Under the pieces are notes generated by a model. It was given only the letters and a program-made list of their open reading frames with translations, was not told the origin of the DNA and searched no databases. 64,000 nucleotides of DNA from Takakia lepidozioides (taxonomy: Eukaryota > Plantae > Bryophyta). Positions 12,226 through 24,243 of the stretch are shown in pieces. Location of the stretch: contig CM060731.1 of NCBI GenBank assembly GCA_030704615.1, positions 60,636,001 through 60,700,000 on the forward strand, given 5' to 3'. Numbering within the stretch: position 1 is the first letter of the stretch; each line of letters begins with the position of its first letter. The position numbers and the translations under genes are program-made.

Positions 12226-12429
12226 ATGTAAGCGACAGCAGACAGTAAGAAAAGTTGGTGGTCAGTACGTACGTTGATAATATTTTACACAAACGAGAGG
12301 ACGGCTGCTTACTGAAAGTTTGAACTGTGCAGGGGAAGCGAAGGAGGAGCAGGGCCACGGCTCACCAAACCGTTCGATGTGCAAGAGTTTAGGAAGCATG
12401 CACACAGAATGGTTGATTTCATTGCTGAT
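12226..12429 (+). pseudogene. Isolated 5' fragment of an aromatic L-amino-acid (tyrosine/DOPA) decarboxylase gene
   Basis: Splicing AT|gtaagc...gtgcag|G gives MGSEGGAGPRLTKPFDVQEFRKHAHRMVDFIAD, the characteristic AADC N-terminus (EFRK.AH.MVDFIADY). Similarity stops abruptly at 12429. Confidence 0.7.
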
Positions 12430-13222
12430 TGGGGAAGAGGCTCTTATTTACGCTAGCTCTGGCGTCACATATAATTGCGTGATTGTGAAAGGTGGATAAA
12501 GAAAATTTTAAATGCTACTTGATGCATGTTGTCGAGGCAGCACTTTCACTGACAACTCTACAGCAAACCTCACGACATGGATTCTTTCACAATCAGAAGG
12601 CTATCTAAGCAGTGGATCAAACCCACTGGGCTGTATCGGTATGTTAGATGAAGAGATCTCAACACGTACATAAATTTCTGCTGAATGCCACGTGGGTGGA
12701 TCTTGGTTTGAGTGTAGGTAAACATTAGTCCAATTCATCGTTGAAGGAGAAAAAGTCAGATCTGTGAGAGTTTGGACAAGTTGCTGGCAGTCTCCTCAAA
12801 GTTTTCATTTAAAACAGATAAAAGAACAGAAAAATTACTTAGTTACAATCCCTGCTTCTCAAAGGTTACTTACAATCATTTGTAGAAAACAAAACGGAGG
12901 CCATCGCTCACAGCTTTGGTCCCATATCACTCGCAGGTTATTACATGTAATCGCACCAACCTATAGGCACCTCTGCTCTCTCAAGTGAAGGCTTGTTCAG
13001 CTGTAAAAGCGTTTATTGGCATGGACCAATTTGTGAGTGAATGCTTCACTTGTATTCAACCTTCCACGGGTCCTTGTGCAGGTGCCCAAGGCTTATTTCT
13101 TTCTTGGTCCACTTTCCATGAATTTGAAGGGCATCCGTCCCCTTTTATTTTTCAAACCTTTGGAAACAAGGATGAGGAGGGGATCATCGGTGCCATCATG
13201 TAGAAGTTTAGAGTTAAAAGTT

Positions 13223-14873
13223 TTAATGATCAGTGAAGTTAAGAGATACAGGGTCGAATGCAGGATCAGCATTGCGGGAATTGCGAACCCAACACTGCTT
13301 GCGGATTTGGCCCCGAGTGCCTGACAGCACACCGATCTTGCCCATCTTCCGCAAGGAAATTCCGAACTGCTCGAAGAATGCAGTCTGATTTTCCGCATAG
13401 TATTCGACCAGGTTGACTGTGCGAGGATCCTGGAACAAACTAACGTCTGATGTAAACAAGCCAAGTCCTGCTTTCAAATTTTTGTAGTACTGGTTGTCGA
13501 AGACGAGAGGGGTTACTGGGTCTTGGAAGAACTGGGTGTTGGAGTCGAAGTTGGGGGGCGTGAGGTTCCCACTGTCGGTGCAGTTTGCTAGCAGCTCTTC
13601 ACCATAAGACTTCGGATACACAGGATCGATGTGAGGATATAGACGGTTCTTGAGGCTGCTGCAATGTGCCTGGCCGATGGTATGAGCGCCTGAAGGTCAA
13701 TTTAAAGATTCACATAGTTAGTGCCAGCTTTGTGTACGTGAATTTGTAGCATACCTTCCCTCTCAGTCTGTCCCGGCAGGCTCCTCTACTTCAGTGCGGC
13801 TTCTGACCTCAGGTTGAATCTTCAATTCATTGCATCTGCTCAAGCTGAGCCAAAAATACCTATGTACAACTAGAGCTCTAAGAACCTGACTCTGCACATG
13901 ACAGGAATACCATGGTGAATGGATGACCAACCTGAAAGAGCAACGAGATCAGTGATGCCTAACCCCACAGTTCGAACATCTTCTGACAGACCCGACACGT
14001 TGAGGCTGAAGGCCGGCAAAAACGTTTGTGAGCTCGGTGCATACGAGGTCAACTGATCCCTGCGTCCCAGCTCGATGGGATACAGTGGCCCGCCCGCCTG
14101 AAAAGCACAACAGTTCACTTGAGTGTTCAGTCATTCTAAGTGCACGTCGACGACATTAGGGTGGTCCGAGTAGCCTACTCGAGCAGTCCATTGCTTATGG
14201 AATTCAGCACGCCTGTCTGCGTCCTGCTAACTATGCACTATAGTGTGTACATTGAAAGAAGGGCGAGGATCTTGAAATCAAGCTGCGCCTCATAATTCAT
14301 TCATGAATGGTTAAATCGTATCTCATGAGTGCTATTGAACATTGCTATTGTGCAAGGCGTGAGATCTCAGTAACACAAAATCGTTGACTCTCAATTCAAT
14401 CCACTTCAACACACTTGTACCTGTTTGATGGAGTACACTGCGACGAGAGCCAGGACATCTGCACATGAGACTATCCCAGGGCACTCACTCTCCAGCTCCT
14501 CCTTAATCTCATCAATAATGTAAAAGTCGCCAAGGGAAAAGTTGATACTAGCGTCCTTCTCGGCCTGGTTTTCGGTGGTCGAGTTGATTAGCACCGAACC
14601 ATCACATCCCTGGACGAAGCAGTCATGGAAGAATAGGCGTAGCAGCGGCCCTGGATTCGTGGGATCTATCTTCGACCATTTTTCAATTATCTTTTGCACA
14701 ATAGGTCCTGCATCGGGACATGTTTCTTTGTAGTAGTCGAATTGCAAGGGAGGTGCGAGGTAGCGGCTAGGGACGTCGTCATCCCAATCGATATCGATTT
14801 CTGCCTGCAGCAGTAATGGAGCTAGAGAGAGGAGAAGCACAATGGGGACCAAGACCCTGGAAAATCCCCCCAT
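13223..14873 (-). CDS. Class III secretory heme peroxidase; exons 14873-14421, 14097-13932, 13689-13223
   Basis: Signal peptide; LLRLFFHDCFVQGCDGSVL (distal His); VSCADVLAL; ELGRRD; DLVALSG|AHTIGQAHC (proximal His); TPLVFDNQYY; GLFTSD; GQIRKQC. GT-AG junctions are in phase and the middle exon is 166 nt. Confidence 0.93.
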
Positions 14874-17159
14874 GATTTCTACTTCGGATTTCAAGCTCCG
14901 CTCAGGCTTAAATGCACAAGTTGTAACTGATGATCTCTCTGGGGGCACTAGGCGCTCTACCTCTACAGGTTGATGCCGCGAAGTTCGAGTTTTTCTCTGC
15001 GAACGTTAAATTCTCTCGTCACCTTCAGAGCGGGAATAATCTTTGTCACGTGCCAGCTCTCTCTCTAGTCTAGACCTCCACAGCCTCCTTCCAAATGTAT
15101 GCCGGCCACTCTCTCTTCACTACTAAATTACCTCTTCTCATCCAAGCTCCTCTCTCCCTGCACCTCAACGATCGCTGCCCAATTGCACAGACTCTACTCT
15201 CAATCTACAATGTAATCTTGCCCATGCAATAAACCCTCTAGCATAGCAGTGGAGAGACTGAGACTAGGAGAGATCCCCAGATCAATATGCAGATTCGGCC
15301 GGCGCGTGGACTTCGTTCGATTCTGTAACAACTACATCCTACATATATACCTATAAACTTGACTCCTGGGTGACTGTAAAGCCATCTACATCTGAAATTT
15401 CTGAGAAGGTTAGTTTCCGAAATCACCACTGTTGTCATCGTTTCTCTATCAAGTACGAATGTTGGACTTCATTCCACGGCACACATATATAAAAACACTT
15501 CTGTGACAAGTAAGACGGAGACCGCTACGTCATGGGTCCATGAGAGCAGCCCATGACCAGGTTCTAATTACGCACAGACCAGACTGGCACGTACGTAATT
15601 CAACCTTTCCTCATTCCCTTTCCCCATGTAATCGTGCACAAAACCTCGAATAGCTTGGTCAACTCCAAACAGCACCTCCAATGCACCCTCACCATCACCA
15701 TCGCATTGTCAGTGAAACCGAGGCTGCGAAGTGGGACCTTCGCGGCGCGTGAGAGAGAGAGAGACACAGAGAGGGACCCGCACCGGACCTGCCGTCGGAG
15801 CTTCACCGAACGTGCCGGCGGCGGTTTGTAACTTGACGGCGCCACCACAGCGCGCCAGGTAGCATGGGGCGGGTGCTGGACACACGCCTCATCCATTACG
15901 TGGCCCAAAAGAGCCCAGCTGTACCATCAGACAACACCTGCCCCAGATACAATTCAACAAATAAATAGAATCTGTTCAGTACGGGGAATTCCGACCCTAG
16001 AAAGGAATAGTATGTACCGTATAACGGTCATAACTGTCAATGGAAAACAGGTGGTCAGTTAGTTATTGCTTCCCCATTTTTACGTCGATATTAAGTGATA
16101 ATTTTCTTAAATATATATAGAATTAACTGCCGCCGACTTGAAATAAACCCATGAGTAAGATAGTAGAAGCGGCTTTGGAGCTGCTATATGCATCTATTCA
16201 TCCATCTGGGTGGTGGGACTGCGAGTCACATCCTGTCAAATGGATGAGATCGTCGATTCCGTTCCTGGGCATGTAAACCTCGGCGCCCACGTGGGTTAAA
16301 ATGTGGCGCCAGCTGTCGGTATAATTTTGGAAATTCAGGCCTGTTGACTGTTGACCCGGACAACCCTGCCAATCCAGCCCGACTAAACGCCGGTCCTCAA
16401 AGAACCTGACCGGGTAGCACCTGCCTCCCGCTCGGCAGGGTATAGTATGTAAAAAGAGTGCTGCTAGAATAAAGAAAATAATAAGAAATTGAATATACTA
16501 AGTCCGAGGTGGAAAGGCATGATGGATAGGGCGTATTATAGGATATTCCCGAGGGCGGCATTCATTCATGTGCAAAAGTCCCCGTCCGGCGGTTTTCATC
16601 AGCAGCCAGGTCAACACCCGCGGAGAGTCCACACGGCTGGCCGCCAATCGTGCACGTGGCGAATTATGCGTTGCGTCAGCGTATTTTCCTTCGTGGAGCC
16701 ATGTACGCCGTAATATACGGAAGTTGTCTGAACAGTACCCCCGTAACTTTCTCATCCATCCATCCAAAGTTCCACGTGGCAGAAAATGTTTCTAAGAATA
16801 TGTTTTGGGGAATCTCTACCAACAGGGAGAACCGGCAGCCAGTTACATCCTAGTAGCCGAGCGGTTTCCAGGAATTTTCGTGTGATAATTGAAACCTTCG
16901 GAAATTTACCAAGGAAGTTTACATTGGAAATTGACTATTGTAGTTACCATTAAGGGGAAGCAACCGACTCCCTAACCCACTTAGCCGGTTGGTTCTCAGA
17001 ATGAGGGGCCATTGGCTGGTTCAGCTCAAATTATTTCCCGGACAATTTGGGATTGTTTTTCAATTTCGGCAATTAGTAATACCGATTACTTTATAATTAG
17101 CTATATAATAATGCCGATTACAGAAAGTCTTAACTACCAATGAGTGCCACCCAGATGAT

Positions 17160-17345
17160 TCTAGGGTCAAATCTTGCTACTGTCGGGTGTGGTATACTCT
17201 TCTGCCCGGTCCCTGGGTGGTGTCCCATTCCTAAGCCGTCATGGCGCGTTTACGGTGGAAGAGGTTATTTTCTCCTCTCACTATTAAGGGGGCTGATTTG
17301 TGAGCTGTCGCTCCAAGGTGTTTCCCTCTTTTAATAATAAATTAT
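17160..17345 (+). mobile_element. Probable short retroposon (SINE-like) remnant; the same 3' end recurs at ~11101-11152
   Basis: Shared terminal motif gggc(c)tgatttgtgagc...gctccaa.gt.tttcc followed by an A/T-rich tail at both places. Confidence 0.4.
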
Positions 17346-18154
17346 TATTATTTTTAAAAAGGCTTAACAATCTGGACACCCACCCTTGCAATGCATTAGT
17401 TTGTTGGCCCTGCCTTCCTAATGTAGGACTACGCAAAGGGTTTCAGCTGCTTTAGCACCGATACTTTTGGTTAGACTTTCAATTCGATCGAGACAGTTGG
17501 CAAGAGAATATTCTATCTTTTAATGAATGACATCCGTTCAACTTCTTGTGCATCCCATAAATGAAAGTCCATCAGAGATTACACTGCGTGCCACTTGAAT
17601 CAGGGCTCAAATCCTGTTACCATGATATTTATTAATAGACACTATGTGATCTTCCAGATTTTTACTACCTATTCATAATTACTATACGGCAGGGCTTGCA
17701 TGAATTCCATGCATTTGTTTTGTTTTTCTTGGTGCAACGGCACTGCATTAGTGACAAAAATATATCCCATAATGTTCGGCAAAAGGTTTCCGCACCATGT
17801 TGGTTGGTCGGGGACTACGAGAAAGTGTGCCATGTCTTGAGAATCAAGGGTGGGATTGCGGCTCAATGAGAAAGTGGACAACATGATCTCATTACCGTTC
17901 AACCTCTCTTCTAGCTGCAGAGTGGGCATGACGTACCATTGTTCTGCTAGCTAGTAGCACCCCCATATGACACTAGATTTTCAGCGGAGGATTTCGCATG
18001 TCTAACCATTTATAGTATACTACATGAAACATGCGAAAGCGGCCAGACTTTGGTTCCAGTAGGCCACCATCACCAGCCTTCACTGTTGTCTTGCTAGTGG
18101 ATTATGTTCCCATCCCCTTCAACCTGCTAGATGGTGGCAGTTTTTCCAACTCAG

Positions 18155-18385
18155 TTTTTTATTTTTATTTATTTTCATTTTGAAGGAGACCTGGGACAGC
18201 CCACAATTCAAGCCCTTGAGGAGGGGGGAAGATTAACCCCCTTTCATTTATGGGCCCTAGGACGAACAACACCAAGACATACCGTCAGGAACAATCCTAC
18301 ACACCGGGTAGGGAAGCGGGTTTGAACCCCGAACCATCAAGGTGACACATTGTGCACTTACCAGCTGAGCTACCAGCCGATGTGC
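18155..18385 (-). mobile_element. tRNA-derived SINE
   Basis: On the - strand: A box TAGCTCAGCTGG, B box GGTTCAAACCC, an unrelated body and an A-rich tail. An imperfect flanking repeat aactcag/aattcag is present. Confidence 0.75.
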
Positions 18386-18460
18386 AATTCAGATAAGTTT
18401 TCAATGTATAAGAAATACTTAGCGTTGTAATTACATGTTGATGAAACAAAAGAAAACAGT

Positions 18461-18535
18461 GCTCATCGGCTAGTAGCTCAACTTAAGTGCACAATGTGTT
18501 GCTTTGGTGGTTCAAGGTTCGAACCCGCTGCCCTG
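18461..18535 (+). mobile_element. Truncated head of the same SINE family, divergently oriented
   Basis: catcggctagtagctcaac-ttaagtgcacaatgtg...ggttcgaacccgct matches the head of the 18155-18385 element. Confidence 0.65.
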
Positions 18536-18684
18536 CGCGGGGTTATACTGCTCGTATCGGTTATCGCTGCATCCTTGATAAAAGGAATCCCTTCTACCAA
18601 ATGGATTTCTTTTATTCCACATCACCTATGTATGCCAAATGGAATTCCTTTTAATGACTGGATTCATGTGGAGAGTCTGTAACA

Positions 18685-18975
18685 GGATTCTCCCGTTGGG
18701 AGCATACAGATAGGACCCAAGTAACTACACAATCTGTGCTTCAGGATTCTCCGAAACGCTTGAACATTGTCTATTCTCATGCGATCTGGAATTCTGTCCT
18801 AGCCACAAATCTGGCTGTACACTTTGCTAAATATCAATTCTGATGTTACTTGGTCAAGTTGCCCTGTTTGCGCATCTATCCGAGCAATCACGTTATGGCA
18901 TCTATGGAAGAACAAGTGCAACTGTGTCTTCTTTAACGCCGTGGTTTCATATTCAGCCACCTTGCATCCACTACA
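18685..18975 (+). mobile_element. Degenerate L1-type LINE ORF2 C-terminal (zf-RVT) fragment
   Basis: Translates to ...TICASGFSETLEHCLFSC... and ...IRAITLWHLWKNKCNCVFFN..., resembling the CCHC and W..W..RN..VF motifs of L1 ORF2. It is interrupted by stops and frameshifts. Confidence 0.6.
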
Positions 18976-19927
18976 ACAAATGGGGGGGGGGGGTTTCAGC
19001 AACGCGAACGAGAATCGCAAACCAAACCTAAAGCAAAAGTGCACAGTTTAGGAGAAAGAAGGAAAACCAGCATCAAAGATGCAACCAAACTCGCTTCTAG
19101 GAGGAACACGAAGAAGACGCCAATGCCGCCTTCTCTAGCCGCATTCTGTAGGTGCTCAACGCGGGCAAAGAAGCCGAAAAGTAAAAAGCAAAGCCCTGTG
19201 GTAAACTTCAACAAGTGCAAGACCAATTCTCCTCGTCCATCTCGCGAGAACACCCACGGCCGCCACGCTTCTGATGTCCAGCCAAAGTCCGCTCTCCTGA
19301 CAGAGTGGTAGCTCCTCAGGGAATATCTCGGCTTAGATGGACTACCCTCTCCATTTAGGTTTAGTTAAATTATAGTGGGTGGGACTCTCAACATGAGGAT
19401 AGCGCAATGCTGCTTAATATATCCTTTGAAGGAGGACCGCACTCGATTAGGCGATTGAAGTGAATAAATTACCTAAGGGGCTTTGCACACACGCAGGGCC
19501 CCAAAAAAAAATGCAAACCATGACATAATAAATTAATAGAAGTAGAGGTAATGATGAATATAGTGCGACATCGTATTAATGGCGATGTGACTTCCCATGT
19601 GTGGCAACAAACCAGGCGACAAAAGTAGGGAAGAACATACCAAGTATATGCCTCTAACAGAAGTTAAACCAAAAATATTTAAAAATATAATTTTTGGAAA
19701 ATAAAAAGTTCAATAAACGAATAAAAACAATAACAAAAACACAAAAACAAACACAAAAAAACCAAAAAAAAAATCAATGATATTAAAATTAAATTTATTA
19801 AAGCTGATCTCCTAGTTGGAAAGTACATCAAAATCCTAGAGGAATTCTTCCAAAGATAGGCAGCGTACAATAACTACATATAATAGATCTCGGAATAAAG
19901 AACTTAGCGATGACATCATGAATCTTC

Positions 19928-20008
19928 CAATGTTGGGCGGTTATTTAAATTTCTCTCTAATACCCGGCGGTTACCTCTCAGGTTATATATATATATATGA
20001 CCGGCGGA

Positions 20009-20042
<34 letters not shown>

Positions 20043-20330
20043 CTCCGGCAGAGGCCGGCGTAACTAAGAGCCACTTTGCCTTGCGGCTACTGCCCCCTTT
20101 CGGGGGTGGGTCCTATAACCAAGCAAAGAACCTTTTAAAGAACCTCCAAATACCCCCGGTTATTTGATGAAAACCGTCGGTTATTTGAGATTTTTGCAAG
20201 TAACCGCAACCGCAGGTTATATCTAGCCATAAAAAATTGAATAACCGCAACCGCAGGTTAGTAGTTTCGTAAAATTTGAAGCAACTGGAACCACCGGTTA
20301 TGAAAAAAATCAAATCACCGCCCAACACTG
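19928..20330. mobile_element. Non-autonomous hAT-type element (MITE), 403 bp, with a nested retroposon tail
   Basis: TIRs CAATGTTGGGCGGTTATTT / AAATCACCGCCCAACACTG. Perfect 8-bp TSD GAATCTTC at 19920-19927 and 20331-20338. Internal AACCGC/CGGTTA repeats. Confidence 0.85.
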
Positions 20331-21430
20331 GAATCTTCACATAAGATAGCTTCCCGGTGAATGGTGGAAGTTTATGTGAAAGCACCTAACCATGCAAATA
20401 TCTATGGGATAAACCCTGTAGGACAAAACAAAGCCCGTAGATCTTGACCTTTGGCATTCGAACAATGAACGATTCCATTCAACAGAAAAGAATATAAATT
20501 CCAATGTAATATGATAGAATTTTCCATTAAAGGGTGTCTCCTACTTTTCATGCACAACAAAAATCATATATGAGTTTATTCAAGTACATAACCTGAAACA
20601 ACTAAAATACGACTCAGAAAATACACAAATATAATAGAACGAAAAATATTACTGAAGGTACACAAGTGCTACATAGTCCGATTATACAGGTCCTATATAC
20701 TCGGGGGACCTATTAATGCCCCAAGATGCTCACATTTGGCAGTCGAAGGTGGCCACTATTTGACATGAAAACGGGATAAACCACTCAGATAATATTAGAT
20801 CCACTGATATCATCAGCAGGGAGGGAATTTCATAATGAAAAGGGCCTTTATTTTCAGATATGGAACCTAACCGACTTTTATTTAAACATGACAGGGTCCA
20901 CCTTCGCCCAATGTAGGTGGCCAAAATAGCCAATTACAATAATTATATTATAAAAAAGGCAGAAAACAATGTGTTATGGATAAATTACAGAAATATCCTG
21001 AAGTACATTTTGTCTATGAAGCACCTTAGTTGGCCGAAGGTGGAAATCAAAGAGTGCAAAATGGGAATGGTAGCAAAATTTTACCCTGGTTATTGACGAG
21101 ATCCATCTTGGAACACAATGAGAATTGAAATTTTCTACAAATGGCAAGATGTTTGAGAACACTTCTGTCGCACCTCCGGCGTCAGGAGGTTACGGATGTT
21201 TCTAATGTAGTGAAATCTTTTTTAAATATCACCACCCGATTAAGCGGTAGATGCCTAGAGTGAATAAATTTCTGGAATTTCTCCAAAGCTGGCAGTTTTG
21301 AAGAAAAAAATATTTTGCATAGCAATCTTACCCTTCGTACATTGGTACTCTAGCCACCATTTGAATCTCACTCTATGAACTGTATATATGAAAACCCATA
21401 CAACATTGCGCAGCCGGAGGCGGCAATAGA

Positions 21431-23504
21431 GGAAATTTCCAAATTCTTTACGACCTTAGGGAGCTGGAGGTGGGAGATGTTAAGTAAAAAAATATTATTA
21501 AATATGAAGCATACATGTCTTCATTCCGAAGGACATTGGGCATCCGGAGGTTCCACATATTGATTAAAAAAGTTTTATAAAAATATCGCACCAAAGTCTT
21601 AATAGTCATAGAGGTCCGAAAGTCAAGAGGACTTACAAACAAGATTGATTGTTCAAGACAATCTTAGAATGGATAATTCAAAAAGCATAATTCAAATATA
21701 AATTTTTGATTTAACATTCTCTGTGTTTCATTAGTAAAAAAGGCATGAAGAATCGTGGTTCATGTCCTCTACATATACAACGCCATGTGTAGCAAAACTA
21801 AGAAATAACAAGGACTTTGGGGGTCTGCAATGACACACTCCATAAAACTGTGCACAACTGCTGCATGTTGCCACTACAGGAATAGTGTTGTGTCCCCACG
21901 AACTACCAATTAAACAAATGAGATCGTTTTTTTGCAAAACCACAGCCGTGCACCCAACTAGTGCTGGACAGATTTAGCCTCAAAGAAGCCACCCTGTGCT
22001 CCCTTGCAATTCCGCTTTCCTCTTCTGCCCTCATTCTTTCAACATTGTGATCCCTAAAATTGCGTGCAAAAAAAGCACGGTCTGCCAAGACCTACCTCCA
22101 GAAATATCAAAGAAACAAATAACCACGATCCTCTTGCACTAAACATACTGTTGGCAAGAGTTTTGTAGAAAAACGTTTGACTTGAATCCACTCCGGATAG
22201 TGTGCAGGGCACACCTGGGCTTGTATCTCTGATGCACTTATGCAAGACACATACATTTGAATCTGTTGGAATACCCTCCATTGTTCAAAATCCGTAGAGC
22301 CCCTTTCAGTCTCTATGTTTGATCAAGTGGAATGTAAAAGATGGCAAGGTTTACCAAGCATAGGTATGGTAGGAATGCTTTAGAGACCTGCTTATGGAAA
22401 GGAGCTCTCTAGAACTGAAGGCCCCAAAAAATTATGAACACATTACAATCAGCAGATTTCATGCATTTTGGTAAGCCAAATTGCAGAAAGGGGCATAGCA
22501 AATGAACAAACCTGGGCGTTAATGCCTTGATGGTTGATGTAGATGCGCCCTCTCTAAGTCTCGGCCCTGCAGCCTATCCCACAAGCTGCAACCTTCCACC
22601 CAACTGTTTACTTCCAACTAAACACAACGAAGGGGCTCTACAGATTTTGAACAATGGAGGTATTCCAACAGATTCAGATGTATGTCTCTTACATAAGTGC
22701 ATCAGAGATGCAAGGCCAGGTGTGCCCTGCACACTATCCGGAGTGGATTCAAGTCAAACGTTTTTCTACAAAACTCTTGTCAACAGTATGTTCAGTGCAA
22801 GAGGATCGTGGTTATTTGTTTCTTTGGTATTTCTGGAGGTAGATCTTGGCAGACCGTGCTTTTTTTGCACTCAATTTTGGGGATCACAATGTTGAAAGAA
22901 TGAGGGCAGAAGAGGAAAGCGGAATTGCAAGGGAGCACATGGTGGCTTCTTTGAGGCTAAATCTGTCAGCACTAGTTGGGTGCAGGACCGTGGTTTTGCA
23001 AAAAAACGATCTCGTTTGTTTAATTGAGGGTAGTTCGTGGGGACTCAACACTATCCCTGTAGTGGCAACATGTAGCAGCTATGCATAGTTTTATGGAGTG
23101 TGTCATTGCAGACCCCCAAGTCCTTGTTGTTTTTTAGTTTTGCTTCACATGGCGTTGTATATGTACAGGACATGAACCACGGTTCTTCATGCCTTTTTGA
23201 TTAATGAAACACAGAGAATGTTAAATCAAAATTTTATACTTGAATTATGCTTTTTGAATTATCCATTTTAAGATTGTCTTGAACAATCAATCCTGTTTAT
23301 AAGTCCTCTTGACTTTCGGACCTCTATGACTGTTAAGACTTTGGTGTGATATTTTTATAAGATTTTTTTAATCAATATGTGGAACCTCTGGATGCCCAAC
23401 ATCCTTCGGAATGAAGACATGTATGCTTCGTATTTTATAAGATTTTCTTACTTAACATCTCCCACCTCCAGCTCCCTAAGGTCATAAAGAATTTGGAAAT
23501 TTCC
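21431..23504. repeat. Long inverted repeat: arms ~21431-22304 and ~22631-23504, spacer ~325 bp; the inner ~170 bp of each arm and part of the spacer are degenerate PPR-gene sequence
   Basis: Arms are reverse complements along their length (paired ORFs 21903-22088(-)/22846-23088(+) and 22054-22281(-)/22527-22895(+)). 22631-22800 encodes EGALQILNNGGIPTDSDVCLLHKCI...HTIRSGFKSNVFL, matching the start of the PPR array. Spacer 22345-22619 is directly repeated at 23504-23769. Confidence 0.9.
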
Positions 23505-24243
23505 AAGGTTTACCAAGCATGGGTATGGTAGGAACGCTTTAGAGACCTGCTTATGGAAAGGAGCTCTCTAGAACTTAGGGCCCCAAAAAATTATGAACAC
23601 ATTACAATCAACAGAGTTCATGCATTTTGGTAAGCCAATTTGTAGAAAGGGGCATAGCAAATGAACAAACCTGGGCGTTAATGCCTTGATATAGATGCGC
23701 CCTCTTAAGTCTTGGCCCTGCAGCCTATCCCACCAGCTGCAGCCTTCCACCCAACTGTTTGCTTCCAACTGAGGTGCTTGCTTAACGGCCCAAAATTTAA
23801 AAAAATTGTGCACATGCAGCGTAGAGTAGGTCCACTGGCATCCTGCATGCCTCCGCCCTTGTGGCATAGTATCGACAATGTGTTTCAGTTGCTCTGCAAA
23901 GAGCACAAGCCATATCTATTTTGCATCGGGCTGATGTGGCTAGCTCCGCGTCATCTCATCTTCCGCCTATGCTTGACACTTTGCCTATCTCTTTGCCTGA
24001 TCTCCTCTGGGCTGGCTGGGAGGGTCATTCTGATTGAGTAGCTTACTATATCTTTTGCCCCCCCCCCCTTGTTTGGATATATGATAGAAAAACCCCAAAA
24101 CCTGGGAAAGAACAAGGAAGGGAAGAAGGGAAGCAAGCTAAATTAAAGTATTCAAACTTATCAGTCATCCCAACCTACTCGGTAAAAGCACAATTTTCTT
24201 GAGCAGAGTTTGGAGTTCGTTGTTGCTCATCGTGTAGAGCCCA

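Noticed and set aside
17440-17960. Minus-strand coding-like stretch (MPTLQLEERLNG...)
   Set aside because: Interrupted by stops with no motif I can recognise. Probably transposon debris, but it cannot be assigned.
18310-18535. tRNA genes
   Set aside because: A and B boxes are present but there is no convincing acceptor stem, and one copy continues into a body with an A-rich tail, so they are SINEs.
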